A stretch of DNA of 64,000 nt from Chara braunii. Lineage: Eukaryota; Plantae; Charophyceae. The position numbers and the translations under genes were made by a program. The notes below the pieces were generated by a model. That model did no database searches and was not told the DNA's origin. It saw nothing but the letters and a program-made list of their open reading frames with translations. The DNA is taken from the NCBI GenBank assembly GCA_003427395.1, contig BFEA01000008.1, positions 5,570,925 to 5,634,924 of the forward strand. The letters are read 5' to 3'. The number at the start of each line of letters is the position of its first letter. The stretch's first letter is position 1. Positions 62,813 to 64,000 of the stretch are shown here, one piece after another.

Positions 62813-64000
62813 GGCAGTTGGCAGACTGCGGCTAAACAGTCTGTGCAGCCCTAGCAATGTTACACACACGAAATCGAGTCCATCAAAACCGCATGTGAAC
62901 ATGCATGTAAAAAGCTGCGAAGAGAGCAACCAGTGGATTCCCTCTACCAGTTTCACCCGCCCACACGGGATCCTCAGGAGGGTGGCTCTGGCACAGAGCC
63001 TTCATGCTCGAAAAAGGGAGACTGAAGCCATGCCTCTCGCAATATATAGTGTCCTTTTCCGGGTCATATTCCTCCTCGCCCCCTATCCGGAATCAAGAAG
63101 GCCGCTCCCCTTGGTCCAAGAACTAAAATCAGTAAAACACGAGACCTGCCGAATTAGGCTCCTACTGACGTTCGGCGAGCTCCGACGACTGTTCACTCCG
63201 CAATGTATCTACCCTAAGAGGGTGCCCATCTCCATTCTTAACATCCCAGATTTCGTCATACTGCAAGAACCCTCTACCTACCACTACCGCCAAAAAGGGC
63301 CCTACTGGCCGGTCATGTACCCCCAGTCCTACACCTACTCTGTTCCCTACCTCCTTTCCGATAATATCCGTTCCGCAGCCCTCCGAAAATACGAATCGAG
63401 ACAAAATTCAAAACGCAAAATCACAGGCCCTGGAAAATAAAATACAGTCACAGGAGCATACGTGTGATCTTCCCCATTGGACTGTCCGCCAGGGAGTCAG
63501 TCTACTGACGGGAGTTTCCCAAAAAAGTGATCTGCTGTAGCCTCCTGGCGATGTGCACAATACGAAAGGCAGTGAGCAAAGTGCGTAGTGCTCGCTTGGA
63601 CACAGCCTTGACCAAATTGGCCAGGGCTCCGAGAGAGACATCCGAGGGGTAACTCCGGACGTCTGCTTCACAAACGGCGAAAGCGATGGCCCCCAGTACA
63701 AGTTCCTTACTCGTTGCCTAGTCCCACAGCCTCCTAATCGTTGTCGTCAACACGACCTTCTTGACACACTTTGCGGAGTAGGACTTGTAATCCTGCATTG
63801 TTTGAAAAAGAAGTTGCCCGTTCACATTAAGACTTTCTGAGTTCTTAGTACTCAGTATGGAGTGGAGTCGAAGAGGGGATCTGCAGATCATCATCTCCCC
63901 TCCCACGAACTGCCATGTCGTACCACATTCATCCTTCCGTACAATCTCCAGATTCTTATCATAGATCCCCTTGGAGGCTTCAAACAGGTCCTCGTGCAAT

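Noticed and set aside
62811-64000. 209-aa and 93-aa ORFs at the window end
   Set aside because: No motif I can assign; probably degenerate TE sequence

Overview
Eukaryotic, almost entirely repeat-derived DNA with several N-gaps flanked by (CT)n/(CA)n microsatellites. I found no convincing intact host gene. The TE families and a mitochondrial insert fit a charophyte green alga such as Chara (inference). Contents: degenerate L1/Tx1-type LINEs; Ty3/gypsy fragments and LTRs; a PIF/Harbinger family (transposase, Myb-like ORF, a third ORF, deletion derivatives); hAT-, TA- and TTAA-type MITEs; retrocopies of U6, U11 and U2 snRNA, the last with a nested 18S rRNA 3'-end retrocopy; and a scrambled NUMT (trnH, rpl16, atp9 last exon, group II intron/maturase pieces). 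The best candidate for a new system is a head-to-tail array at 48.9-62.7 kb of Penelope-like elements (Chlamys/Naiad-type RT) sitting in (CA)n tracts. Its RT is followed by a Josephin-like cysteine protease with an intact C/H/D triad and four tandem RING-like fingers, so it may carry both ubiquitin-removing and ubiquitin-adding domains. All motif matches were made by eye against remembered consensus sequences and need database confirmation.
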